NCBI GenBank assembly: GCA_965153285.1
Contig: OZ229114.1
DNA length: 64,000 bases
Source: Podarcis tiliguerta
Lineage: Eukaryota
Reading direction: 5' to 3' (one strand)
Positions within the stretch are counted from its first letter, which is position 1; each line of letters starts with the position of its first letter. A program made the position numbers and the translations under genes. This document shows, one piece after another, positions 51,284 to 64,000 of the stretch. A model generated the notes under the pieces. The model was not told where the DNA came from. It saw only the letters and a program-made list of their open reading frames with translations, and did not search any database.

Positions 51284-54200
51284 CTAGGGGGGAAGGAAAT
51301 GTTTAGAACATGTTTAAAAGGAAGTGGTAAGTGTCAAAATCCATTCCTCTGAGGTGGAGAGAATGGAATTTGCTATTGCTGAGCTCCATCACTTAGGTAA
51401 AAATGTTACTCCCAAGCATTGCACCTTTTCCTTTTGACAGTGAAGTTCACCATTCAGCCTTTCCCAACCTGGTGCCCTCCAGATGTTTTCAACTACAACC
51501 CTATTCAGCCCCAATGGTCAATGGCCAGGCATCATGGGAGTTCTCATCAAAAAACATCCGAAGGCCACCAGGCTGGCAGTGTCTAGCTGTGACATTTTTC
51601 ATTTTCATAAAGGATCAAGCTTTTTGCTTGTTGGTTGTGGTTTCAAAGTAGGGCAGATTTAACCCCCTATGCTGCTTTCTGTGTGCCCAGCAGCTATTAA
51701 ATATTATTTTAATTCCTAAAATGGATACACTGGTTGATTGTAACACCCCCCCAAAAAAAAACCCTCAAAGCACTTTACAAAAGATAAACCAGTAAAATTA
51801 AGGTGGGGAAATACAACCCTACTTTAAAACATACAAATGTACTAAAACAGCGTAGAATTACTTCAACTTTCTAAGCATCTAGGTAGGCATGTTTTTAGCA
51901 GGCACCAAAATGAGCTCAGGGAAGGCACCTGCTTGAACTCAATAGGCAGAGAGTTCCAAAGTTAAGGCGCTGCCACACCAAATGATCAAGTTCTTACAAA
52001 GGCAGAACAGGTGTTATATGGCACCTGTGGTGGTGCCAATTCCGCCAATCAAAGAGGTCAAGTGGGCACATGTAGGGTGAGGTGCTCTTGTAAGTGTCTG
52101 AGATGACATGCAACTGGCGAAAATGTGAGCACAAGAACCAACAAGTATGCCAAAGGCTTAGGATCAGAATGCACAATATTATGAAACCAGAACCTACAGA
52201 TCTTTTGGCTTTCCTTAGTTATAAAACACAGGAAAGTGTATTGGAAAGAGAAGTGTCAGAAAAGCCATAGGGCTCAACTCTGGCTACTTTCCTTATCAAA
52301 ATGCTTTCCTCTGCCTGGATCTGTTTAAAGCACAGTGTGAGTTCTTTTGGATGAGGGTAGAATTAACATGTCAAAGAGGCTCTGTTATACATTAGAACTT
52401 CAGAGCTAATAATATGACTGTCAGGAAAGGAAGTTGCCAACATCTCCCAATGTTTCTTCCTTTGGTTTGAAAGCCAAGACTCATTTGTTCAAAGCTTACT
52501 GTGAAGTCTGCCTGTAACACCCCCCCCTTGTCTACTTTTACCATTTTTTCAGCTATCTCTGCATTACTCTGCTCTAAACAGTTGTCACTTTCTCCCCAAA
52601 GATTAGAGAATTGGTGTCTGGAACTCAGTGAACCAAGCTAAAAGATGTTATGTGTCTGAATGGTCAGTTTCTACTTGTGAACTTAACTCTCACTCTGCTT
52701 ATGGGTGAAATTACATCTGTATTTTTTAATAACTCTAGGATGATCCCTATACATGCAGCCACACAGTGATTACTGGGATATAATTCATTAGTGCAGTCAA
52801 ATGCAACATTCCTTCTTTTTCCTAGAGCTGGCACAGGCAGGGGGACATCCAGTCAGTGTAACTTCCTGTTCCACTGGTCTGGGGCTTCCTCCCCCTGGAT
52901 GTGACCAGGGAGATGGGCAAAAGAGCCAAGTCACGCAACCATTTTTCTCAGTCTTCTTATGTCTTGTCTTGCTTGCTTAACTTTTGCTGCCATGCTGTTC
53001 TCCTGCAGCCATTTTGTTATATTAATTTAAGTTTGCTGTCTGCAGGCTCTCAGCCAGCAGCACATGAGTTCAGTCTCCATAGGAAATGAACTCACACTTT
53101 GTTGTGTAACCACTAAGTAAAGCCTTCCTTTCAGGGATCATATCGTGAGCTGAAATGTGAGTAAACTTTTTGTTACTTTACCAAAAAAGACTCTTGTGTC
53201 TTTATTCTTTTAAGAGGGATTAAAGGGGACACCAGGAAATAACTAAGAGATTCAAACAAATCTGCAAAATAGCTTCCAGCTATATTGAGGGGAATTTGCT
53301 CTGCTCCATCACTCACTAGCGTGTGTGAGGGAAGGATAATACTTATTCAATATATCCTTCCCTATTATCCTTAACATTCTCACAGGATAAACATGATTGA
53401 AGTGTCCTATATAAATGCCCACTAAATGCAAAATTATTATTCATACAGCAGATACACTAGCTCTGCATATGCCAGTGTTTGACACAGTGAATGCTGCAAG
53501 ATATAAGATGTGCCTAAATGTGGTAGTAGACGAGGATATGGAGTGGAATTCAACTAAACTTTAGTAACAGTAGACCCACTGAAATTAATGAACATGATGA
53601 AGTTAGGTCCATTAATTTCAATGGTCTACTCTGAGTAAAACCTAGCTGACTGCCATCCATGGCCCCTACCTGCCCCTGTTTTTCTGCCAAGACATTATGT
53701 CTCCTTCATACTTGATGATGTTCACTGGGAGACACATCTGCCACAGAAAGTCTGAACCAGCCCTACATATATCAGTGAGAATTCCTGCAACCTGCCTGTA
53801 TTAAAGGAAATTCCACCTCCAGGCATGACATGATGTGTTGATGGCTTGTGAAGCGAAACAGAATTTAACTGGTGGTGACATGAATGGTATTAATTTTAAA
53901 AGGCTAAATAACCTTTCAGATAGTGGGAAAAGAAAAATACTGCAGAAAAGTATTAAGTTACCAGTTTCACATATTAAACAAAGCTTAGCTAGAATGTTGC
54001 GTGCATTATGATAACATCTGCCTAGCACCAGGAAAAAGAAATATTTATGCAGAAGCAGAAATGAGCAAATCTGTCAGCTTCAGTTTCTCTCAATTTCCTA
54101 CTCTTAAGTTCACTTCTCCACACTTCCATACCAGTTTGCATTCCGCCCCCACAAAGCAGTCCTCCTGAAAATTCCTTGGCATTTTATTGTGACATTCTCC

Positions 54201-54344
54201 CAATAAGCCATGTTTATGAAAGCTTTGAAGAACAGCCATATTCTTTTGGAAGGTGCAAATTACGTAGGTTTGCCTTTAAATGTGAGCTGAATCAAACATC
54301 TCCCCTATCCCTAGGGAAAAGTATAGAATTCATTTGCTACTTAC

Positions 54345-54531
54345 ACCAGTTGTGTGAAGCTTCATCTTAAATTTCTCAAAATACAACCAGTGCTTTGATT
54401 CATTAGGATCTAGGTCATGATAGAAATCCCTGGCTGCGTAACCAAAACTGTGGAATTTTCTTTCTGGAGTTAAAAGGATAGTGGTTGGTGTTTTCTGATT
54501 CGACACACCAGGATCTCCTCCTTCCCATCGC
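54345..54531 (-). CDS. HSPA12A: HSPA12A exon 4
   Basis: tttag|...|gtaagt, 187 nt; [62 protein letters not shown]. Confidence 0.96.
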
Positions 54532-56329
54532 CTAAAATACAAAAGACTTAAAATCAATGAAATTTTATGATATTTTAACATGCAGCCCAGAGAGTACAAC
54601 AGCTGTTTGGAGTGTATGCATTTATTTAAAAGTATTTCTAAATCACTTAATAGTTTTTATAAAAATCCCTAAGTGATACATCCCTAAGTTGTATACAAAA
54701 AAAACAATAAAACAGGCTCATCAAATTAGTAAAACAGCTTTATAAAATCAGGTATGTACAGGTAAAAAGGGGGAGTTCAGAAAAATTATGAAATGCATGT
54801 TGCAGATGATCACTCAAAGCATAGCTTTAGGGTGGTGACAGCTCCGTAACCATGGCTAAGGATATGATTCAGGTTTCCATATTTAATGATAGCCAAGATT
54901 TATAAACTAACAAACCTTCATGGACATGTGTGGTTTAACCATGGTTAAACTGCTCAGATGATCAATTAAACCATGGTTTAGTATGGTTAACTAAACCGTG
55001 GTTCATAAACCATGGTTAGCATTCCATGCAAACAAGCCTGGAGAAGAGAAAATGGGGGCGGGGGAGGAAATCTCAAGGGTGCACAAAAATCTATATGTTA
55101 CTGGCCCAACATATTTCAAAATATTAATCTTCAAGGGCACGACAAATAAGAACAATGAATGTTGTACTCAGTACAAATCAACGTTATAACACTGTTAAAT
55201 TGTTGCTTATTTCTAATTTGGAGAATCATCATCAATTGAGTATTTGATGCAATATATTACTATTAAAACAATTCTACAACAGATAATATAACTAGTGATT
55301 CTTTGTTTTAATAGTATTGTATTATATAATTTGTATTTGTGTACAATTATTATTATTTGAGGTGCCATGGAAGAAGAAATGCATTTTAAAATGTACTGGG
55401 ACACTGAAGTCTTTATTTTTGTGCACTCTTTGAGCTTTCCATCTCCCTTTTTAATGGAGCGTCATCTGGTTTTTCTAGACACAGTGGGAGAAAAGGGATG
55501 CTGGACCAGAAGACCTTTGGCATGACTGACAGGGCTTTTCTATTCAGGTTTGCTGGAGAAGTATGTAAGGGATGAAGCAGGCTGCAGAAGCCTGACTTTT
55601 CCTCAGCACTCATGAATCTGGCTGGAAGCATATGAATACACCAAGCAGTGACACTGTTAATGAGCTTCAGAGAGAAAGTGAATGAGATTTAGATGGGTAG
55701 ATGTTAAGGGGCCTGAAGAAAATCCTGGCAGTGTGCACAGAGCCACTTCTGCAACATCCAGCACAGATTGTCTTCCAGCTGCTTTCACTGTCACTTTTCA
55801 CTCATCATTAATGTACTAGCACCAGAGAGCTAGATATCACAGCCTTTAAATTTGGTTTAGTTAGTGAAATCATTAATAGGAAAAGCACTCTAACACACCA
55901 GAGCTTCATCACTCTCAGCACCACAAGAAGTACAAGAAGTTCCCCAGGTATATACAGTATCATCCGTCCCCAGCCTCTGAATTCCCCTTTTACAAATGTG
56001 CATTCAGTCTTGCAAAGGAATGAAGTCTCCATGCTTGCAAAGATCAGCTTTGCTGAATGATTACATCCAATTCTTGAGAACTATCTCTATGAAGGCAAGT
56101 TCCTGATTTCTCTTCCTATTATATGGGGCTACAGATCTCAGACCAGGTCCACTGGCTATATTTTGGAGCATCTCAAAATGGCTCTAACTAGGAGTCATAA
56201 GCTACAGCGTCTGGGCAATCTGCTTATACAAATGGAATGCTATGAGTACAGAATGTGGCCCAAGTCATCTCTATTTTTATTTATTTCATTATTATTTATT
56301 TATTTCTGTGGTTTTTTTACTAAAACTTA

Positions 56330-57285
56330 CCGTATTTTTCGCTCTATAGGACGCACTTTTCCCCCTTCAAAAATGAAGGGGAAATGTGTGTGCGTCCTAT
56401 GGAGCGAAGACGCTATAGCCCCGCGACCCTCTCCCGGCTGGAGAGGTGACACGCGCCTATGGCAGGAGCCTCTTTAGCCGTGCGCCACCTCTTCAGCCGG
56501 GAGAGCGCTTGCAGGGCTAAAGCAGCCCCCCCCCCCGCGACCCTCTCCCGGCTGGAGAGGTGACGTGCGCCTATGGCAGGAGCCTCTATAGCCGCGCGTC
56601 ACCTCTCCAGTCGGGAGAGCGCGCGCGGGGCTAAAGCGGGCTTTTGCGAGAGGTGAGGGAATTCCCCCACCTCCCAGGAAAGCCAAGGGAAGCCGTGCAG
56701 CCCTTTTAAAGTGTGCGCAGCTTCTGCCGGTTTTGCGGGAGGTGGGGGAATTCCCCCACTTCCCAGGAAAGCCAGGAGAAGCCGTGATCTCTTTAAAGGG
56801 GTTGCGTGGCTTCTGCAGGCTTTTGGGAGAGGTGAGGGAATCCCCCCACCACCCAGTAAAGCCAGGAAAGCCCTGCGCAGCGTCTCCCGGCAAGGAGAGG
56901 CTGCACGGGGCTAAAGGGGAAGCCAAAACAGCGAGCGGGATCCATCCCGCTCTCTGCCTTGGCTTCCTCCATAGCTGCGCGCAACCCCTCCGGCAAGGAG
57001 AGGCTGCACGGGGCTATGGATTCTTTAGCCCTGGGCAGCGTCTCCTGGCAAGGAGAGGTTGCGCTGGGCTAAAGAGGAAGCCAAAACACCGAGCGGGATC
57101 CATCCCGCTCTCTGCCTTGGCTTCCTCCATAGCCGCGCGCAACCCCTCCGGCAGGGAGAGGTTGTGCGCAGCCTGTACGCTGCTCTTTGGGGCTGGGGGG
57201 GGGGAATATTTTTTTCCTTGATTTCCCCCCCTAAAAACTGGGTGCGCCCTATGGTCCGGTGCGCCCTATGGTGCGAAAAATACGG
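56330..57285. mobile_element. Non-autonomous Tc1/mariner (Tc2/pogo-like) element with GC-rich internal repeats
   Basis: TA TSD; TIRs CCGTATTTTTCGCTCTATAGGACGCAC and (reverse complement) CCGTATTTTTCGCACCATAGGGCGCAC; 956 bp; no transposase. Confidence 0.88.
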
Positions 57286-58326
57286 TATTCACTTCTCCCT
57301 TGTTTGCTATATGTATGAAAAACCTGCCTTGCAGTGATTTAGACATTTATTCAATCTGTATTTCATCTTTCTGAAAAATAGTGAAGGCAGTTAACAAAAA
57401 TAATATAAATACATAAAATTTAACTGTTGTAGATCCCACTCACATGAGGAATTCACTTTGTACCATCTGATTTTCAAAAATTCCTGATTTTCAAAACTCT
57501 TACATTCTTCTTCTTTTTGATGCTATAAAGTTATTGTTATAGACATTTCTATAAACTGCTGATTCCATGTTAGAGACAATTCCATGTTTAATTCCTTTTT
57601 TAGGGATACAAGTATATTGAGTGAGTTTGTTTGTAGTCACCAGAATGTACAAAAATCCTATTGCTCAAAAGGTAAATGACATTACCTTAAGATGGCCGAT
57701 TTCAAACTTTAATTAGATTTTAATGAGCTTCTGATATTCGGGGGGGGGGGGGGAGAGAGAGAAGGGAAGAACCCAGGTAAGAGGGCATCTATTCTAAACT
57801 GGATTGTTCAGAGACAGAACCAAAACTGCTGCTTGTTAAATCCTACGCACCAGCTGCACATTCAACGCAAGAAGAAATATACTGTTTTGATTGAGAGTCC
57901 TTAATGACTGTAATTTTGACTCATTCATGGAGTGTTATGTTAATAGAAAGTGCACTTACGAGTTGAATAACTGTGACAGCCATCTATTCCTTCCTAAATA
58001 GAAACTGCATTAGACCCCTTTCTGGGATTAACATCTTTGAACTTTAGTTCTATCAGCATCAGTAATCTCACTGGTATCATGCCTAATATTTGCAAAGATT
58101 TAGTCTTTGGAAAACACAATTCCTTTAATTTGTAGTATACATTGGATGCCCAAAATCTGATGCTACAGCAAGGCTGTGTGCATTCAGTGATTGCACTGGA
58201 CACTATACAAACCAGTACACAGACATACAATTCAGCTACCAGATAATCTCTCCCCCCCCCCCTTTATACAATATAGCAGGATACATAGATGAGGGTGAAA
58301 ATATGCAATGCCTCATGACATCTTAA

Positions 58327-58685
58327 GGGACGCAGGTGGCGCTGTGGGTTAAAGCCTCAGCGCCTAGGACTTGCCGATTGAAAGGTCGGCGGTTCGAATC
58401 CCCGCGGCGGGGGGCGCTCCCGTTGCTCGGTCCCAGCGCCTGCCAACCTAGCAGTTCGAAAGCACCTTCGGGTGCAAGTAGATAAATAGGGACCGCTTAC
58501 TAGCGGGAAGGTAAACGGCGTTCCGTGTGCTGCACTGGCTCGCTAGATGCAGCTTGTCACGCTGGCCACATGACCCGGAAGTGTCTGCAGACAGTGCTGG
58601 ATCCGGGCCTCTAGAGTGAGATGAGCGCACAACCCTAGAGTCTGGCAAGACTGGCCCATACGGGCAGGGGTACCTTTACCTTTAC
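58327..58685 (+). mobile_element. Full-length Sauria SINE (Squam1; BovB partner)
   Basis: GGGACGCAGGTGGCGCTGTGG head, GGTTCGAATCC B box, (ACCTTT)n tail, 13-bp TSD CATGACATCTTAA at 58314-58326 and 58686-58698. Confidence 0.93.
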
Positions 58686-59348
58686 CATGACATCTTAAAG
58701 AGGAGAGGGAAGGGGCTGAGGGGGATTTGGGGGTAGACCAGGGTTTAGACTTCAGTCCTTTACACCACAGTATGATAAGGAAAAGAAGAACAAATTGTGC
58801 GTAAATATTCTTAATATGCCCATTTCTTACAGAATATTATTGTTGGCATGGAACAGAAGCCCTGGGCTAGGATTATCAACTGAAGGTGTCTTGTGCCTTT
58901 AGGGCCATGTTTCATTTTTTAAAAAAATGTATCTAATGCTACTGTTTTGTTATTACAGGAATATTTCCTTCCAAGCCATGTTCTGGTAGACCTAGCCTCT
59001 AACTCATAGTGATGTTTATGTAGACGAAGATAACCCTCCTGGGAAATAGGGCTTTAAATGTCTGTGATCCCCAGTGAATACATATCTGTGAGCTCACCAA
59101 AAGCTGCAGTGAGCCATCCATACAGATCTCATTATATGATGACGTGCAAAGGTTAAAAGCGAAGAAAATTCTTCCAGAAAGGATTCCACTGGTCAAAATT
59201 AATAGCATAGCAATGCCTGTTTACGTTAGTTAGCAGAACTTTTGGACTTAATTATAGCAAGGAAGGAGAACCTAAAGGGCATGTTTTAGGCCACGGTGCT
59301 TCCGACAGTAGAATTGTTCCTCTCTTTATCAAGCTAGCTTGTCACATA

Positions 59349-59590
59349 CAGTGGTACCTCTGGTTACGAACTTAATTCGTTCCGGAGGTCCATTCGTAAC
59401 CTGAAACCATTCGTAACCTGAGGTACCACTTTAGCAAATGGGGCCTCCTGCTGCCACCGCGTCGCCAGCTCACGATTTCTGTTCTCATCCTGGGGCAAAG
59501 TTCTTAACCCGAGGTACTATTTCCAGGTTAGCGGAGTCTGTAACCCAAAGTGTTTGTAACCTGAGGTGTTTGTAACACGAGGTACCACTG
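59349..59590. mobile_element. Tc1/mariner (Tigger-like) MITE
   Basis: TA|CAGTGGTACCTC...GAGGTACCACTG|TA, 242 bp; reverse-complement homologue of 12940-13180. Confidence 0.9.
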
Positions 59591-59672
59591 TACCCACCTT
59601 TTCAGTAAAACCTTTCTGGGACCTTATGCCAAGACAGACCACGTGGTCCATCTAGCTCAGGGCTGTCTACAC

Positions 59673-59808
59673 CAGGCATAGGCAAACTCAGCCCTCCAGA
59701 TGTTTTGGGACTACAACTCCCATCATCCCTGACCACCGGTCCTGTCAGCTAGGGATAATGGGAGTTGTAGTCCCAAAACATCTGGAGGGCCAAGTTTGCC
59801 TATGCCTG
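59673..59808. mobile_element. hAT-Charlie (URR1-like) near-perfect palindromic MITE
   Basis: TIR CAGGCATAGGCAAACT; flanked by GTCTACAC and ATCTACAC. Confidence 0.92.
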
Positions 59809-59816
59809 ATCTACAC

Positions 59817-60003
59817 CAAGAGTAGTCAACCTTTTTACACCTACCGCCCACTAATGCATCTTTCTTGATGGTAAAATTTCCTTACCACCCACCAGTGCTC
59901 GATGGAAGGAGGATTCAGCTTGTGCTGTAGAACCCCCTACCGCCAACCTAGAATCCTGAAAAGCCCACTAGTGGGCAGTAGGGACCAGGTTGACAACCCC
60001 CTG
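59817..60003. mobile_element. Second hAT MITE
   Basis: Termini CAAGAGTAGTCAACC...GGTTGACAACCCCCTG; flanked by ATCTACAC and GTCTACGC. Confidence 0.82.
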
Positions 60004-62204
60004 GTCTACGCTGATGGGCAGTGACTCTGCAGTTTCAGTCAGGAGTCATTTCCAGCCCTACCTAGAGAGACCAAGTATTGAACCTGCAATCTTTTCCATG
60101 CAAACCATGTGCTCTACTACTGAGCTACAGCTATCCCTCACCATCTCTGCACCTCTGTACTTTCCTGATTCTCTTCCCCACTGCCCATTTACCAACCCTG
60201 AGCATCACCGCCTCATCCTTAATGTAGACTAGGAGAACTCTGGATAGGGACTTCTTCTGTTCTCTGCAGACTATTCTGCTAGTAATAAAGAAATGTTAAG
60301 CAACAGAAGAAGGATTCCGCTTTCTCTTCTGGTTCTTTGCAAGGTCAGGCTCAACTGGACGAGAGGACTGTGTGCATAGCTTTCTTAAAGGGAGGCTTTC
60401 CCTCACACAAAATATCAGGTGTGGACCCGCCAATCCAGAATGTGGTCGCAGTCGGGGGTGGAGGGCAAAGGGTTAAAATTCCCCATGCCAGGGCCTTAAT
60501 TTGGACTCAAGGTCCCATGCCTGCAATTTACTTTTAAAAAGTCATTCCCACAATTGCTGGTTGCATGAACGGCAGCACATCTGGTACGACAACGCAGCAC
60601 ACTCCTACCCCACCCCCACCCCTCCCTGCAGGACCAGCAGCAGCTGGTGAATCCAGAGGACAGGAGAAAACTTTTTGACCCTGGTGGAAACAGAGTGCGA
60701 CCCTGCTGTCCAATCTTCGCCCTTGCATTGCCAATTGGTGCTATGGCAGAATGTCTGGGCAATGAAACAAGTTGTCTGGGAAAGTCATAAAATCTTCCCT
60801 GAAGGTATATCCCCCCCCCCCTTTTTTTTTTGGAACGGGAGAGTGAGTGTGCATCTGTCAGGAATTATTTAGGTCTAACAAATCGGGCTAGTGCAGTGGA
60901 ATGGATTACTGACCCTTGAATTTCCCTCCAGCTTTATGATTCCATGATTTTGGTTGGCTTCGCGATTTCTCATTTGCCTACTGTCAGTGCACAGTAAGCT
61001 TCACACTCGATTATCTGTCTGCGTGACTCACTTCATTGATTTATGCTGTTGCTGTATTAACAACTGAAGACAAGGAAGCATTTTTTAATTTACAAAAAAA
61101 AGATTTGGAAAGGAAATATCAGAAAAAGGATCGATATACACCAGGAGGAAAAGCAGCCCATTATTAAACTGAAAAGAGCAGGGCTATAACTTTGAGATTT
61201 CTCAAGAGCACTGCAGATAGAAATGTCATTTCCTGTACATAAATATTATATTGCTAATGATTCTAATAATGTCAATATTGTCTTTAAAATACCCTCTACA
61301 CTACCAGTCATCACGCAGCTTGTATGTTACAGTTTAAATGTGAAGCTTCACATTTGATAAAGATGTGAAGGTTTAACACGCTCATGAGATTGTCTCCCCC
61401 AAATGTTCTTGTTACAAAGCTGAAAGAGAAGAAGCCGCTGGATCTGCTGACTGGATCAGACAGATTGCATTTTACTAACTTCCTGAGCCTGCAACTATCA
61501 GTTTGCAGTACAGCATTTGGAAGGCAAGGCACTATGGTAGTGCAAGACAATAAAATGCCCGTTGCCCCAAACTACCCAGCTATTCTGAACTCTTTCTTCA
61601 GTGAAATACATTTCATATTTCCAAGGCCCAGTCATGGAATTCTTTCTTTGCCTGGCACTCACATCACAATCCTTGAGTTAGCCTGGATATTACATTCACC
61701 ACCCCAACCTCCCAGCAGTTCCACTGCCAACCATTTGATGACCTTCCCACAGGGTTTTCTTAAGCTAATGTTTTGAAGTGGCGAAAACGCTGCTCAGGCA
61801 AGGCACCTCAGACCCTAGGGTCAAATGCTGCCCTACAGGATTCTCTATCTGATCCACAGGCCATGGACCCTTCTAAACCACACACCTATGCCCTGGGCAA
61901 ATGTGGTTTTCTGGCTAGAATGTGTCCTTAAACTATGGTAACTCCTCTTGCTTATCTGAATGGAGGATGGAGAGGTGTGTGTCAGTGTAGAATCCTCTGC
62001 TTTTGGCTAGAATGCTGCCTCCTGCATAAAAGGTAAGAGTAGCCTCTCTTGCCCTGCACACCGTTCCTTCTGGCCCTGCCCCACACTGGAAAGAGGTCCC
62101 TGGGAGGAACGCAGCCCTTGCACAGAAAAGAGCTCCTCACCCTTGGTGTATACTCACAGGCCCTGCACTCACTATGCACATAAGGCTGCACTGGTGACAT
62201 TTAC

Positions 62205-62332
62205 CTCATTACATGAATGCATTCTGGTTCCTTGGTGAAGCTGTAGGCGTAGCCGCTGGATGTCGTGCCGAAATCTATAGCCACAACAACAGGATAGGAC
62301 TGCTCCTCTGCCTCATTTGCATCAGAGTCCTT
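62205..62332 (-). CDS. HSPA12A: Heat shock 70 kDa protein 12A, exon 3 equivalent (phosphate-1 motif)
   Basis: gacag|...|gtaaat, 128 nt; [42 protein letters not shown](R); earlier exons are beyond the window. Confidence 0.95.
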
Positions 62333-64000
62333 CTGTCAAAAGAACAGAAATGTATTTGCTGTTATGTGATTTCAAGAAAGGGCTGCAAGCGTTACTAGCT
62401 CTATTTAAATGCCAAACACGACACTAATAATCTCCTCTGGAGTGACCGAAATTGGCAATCTCCAAATACCAGCAGGCCCCAGATGCTAGCTGGAACGGGA
62501 ATTTAGCACATCACTAAGCCAATACTTAATTTTTGTGACTGTGATGCTGCCTCAGAAGAATGATGGCTGCATTCAAAATTCTTTGTACGTTCTGCAAACT
62601 AAATGGGTCAGTCACTGATTTCAGAAAAGGGTGAGAAAAACACAACAGCAAGCTCCAGCTTTCCAATGGCATGTAGTTATTAAATCAATGTACTTTTAAC
62701 GTATATGTCACCTAAGCCTAAATGGTAGCATGTCAAATAAGGTAACTCCCTTCAAATCAGAGCCTGCCATGAGTGGGGGAAATGTTTATCTTCTTTACCT
62801 CCTCCTAAGAGCCTGTAGACACTATTCAGAGAGAAGGACCTTGGGATCAGTCTTTAGGGGATTTTGAATGGGAGAAGGAATTGCCTTCAGGACCAGTCCC
62901 AGATGTGCCTGTACTTCTCTGGCTTACAGAGACTGTGATGCCTTTCTCTGTCTCCACCTCAGGTGCCCTAGAGGTGCCCCTGTTCTGTCAGAGCCACCAA
63001 CTACTAAAGCAGACTGGGTCCATTTAAATACAAAGGGCTCCTCCTAGGCAAGATGAATTTAGTCTCTCATATAAGACTTCTACTAAAGGCTCAGTCTGGG
63101 GTTGGTTGCTGCTGAAGAAACATCTGTTCTTATGGAGTCTCTAGCTGGAATGAAATTTCATTTGAGAAATGAACTTTCATAGAGAAAAAAGGGCATTGAA
63201 ATAATTGTGAAGTTATATACAAAGCATGAAGCATACTTCTCACTCACCATCACAATAAAAACTGCAAATGATCGTTAACTAAGCCACACAAAATGTCAAA
63301 ATAGGGCTCTCTGTGGAAGATTAAGCCTGACTTTGTGAAATTTTGCAAGCTCAGAACATTCTTGGCCTTGTCATGCAACGCAATCACTCAGTCTAGTACA
63401 TTACCACATTGGTCTGCTATTCCAGGCCTTGATAGACTGAAGCTCAGTGCTGCTGACACAAACTATTTTCATCCTCAGCTTCAGGACAGTAGCAAAAAGG
63501 ATCCATCCCAAAAGTTATCCTCTGCCTGCAGCAAACTCAACCTTTGTTTATTTATACATTTTGTACATTTACACTATTCTTTCCCTCCCAATTTTTCCCC
63601 TTACAACAACCCTGCAAGGGAGGCTAGACTGAGAGATTGACTGGCCCAAGGTAACCCAGTTACTATAATGCTATCATTTTAGTCTGTAACCCACCTTGTG
63701 ATTTTTTTATATGAAAGTGTGGTTTATAGATTTATTTATTTTTTTAAAGAAATAAAATAAACTCTTAGCCATGGATGGGGAGAAAATAATACCAGTAATA
63801 TACAGGCAACATTTCTCACCGCAATGTGGGATGGGGACAGAGGTGTTATCCCTGGGTCTCCCAGACTTCTAGCTGGAGATGCATAGGCAGCTGTTGAAGC
63901 GACATCTGGAAAAAAATATGAGGAGCCTTTTAGTCAGCTGAATGTTCTTCAGAGCAGATAAACAAGTGAAAAGACGCATGTTAGTTCATGACACCAACTT

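Larger units (their letters stand above)
59620..60133 (-). mobile_element. Squam3-type SINE split by two hAT MITEs
   Basis: GGTCCATCTAGCTCAG...GTCTACAC resumes after 60003 as ...CCAGCCCTACCTAGAG...ATTGAACCTG...CTACTACTGAGCTAC. Confidence 0.8.

Noticed and set aside
52330-53390. Possible solo LTR (TG...CA, AGTAAA-type signals)
   Set aside because: I could not find matching termini with a TSD, so it was left unannotated.
56474-57337. Long overlapping ORFs of up to 162 aa on both strands
   Set aside because: They lie within the GC-rich internal repeats of a non-autonomous transposon; the translations are repetitive and show no transposase or other domain.

Overview
Vertebrate genomic DNA from a squamate, most likely a lacertid lizard (inferred from the SINE and MITE content). 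It is intron-rich, and almost all of the supplied ORFs are noise. Three genes can be reconstructed by splice-aware reading. (1) The 3' half of a pancreatic lipase family gene (PNLIP/PNLIPRP-like) on +, 554-10176. (2) A complete C10orf82/SPMIP5 CDS on -, 24501-17222, with 5 coding exons and 244 aa. (3) HSPA12A exons 3-12 on -, 62332-32202, encoding 631 aa; its 5' exons lie outside the window. This matches the PNLIP cluster - C10orf82 - HSPA12A synteny known from mammals. The standout observation is a tandem duplication of the lipase's penultimate exon, which encodes part of the PLAT/colipase-binding domain. Two intact 168-nt copies (8087-8254 and 8321-8488) are separated by only 66 nt and differ at a predicted colipase-contact residue and an N-glycosylation sequon, which suggests a mutually exclusive splicing switch. 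Other points of interest are a Penelope-type insertion with fossil hammerhead ribozyme cores, three PGY-G-x-x-P repeats in SPMIP5, and several nested transposon stacks. All coordinates were counted by eye. Repeat family names come from recalled consensus features and were not searched.
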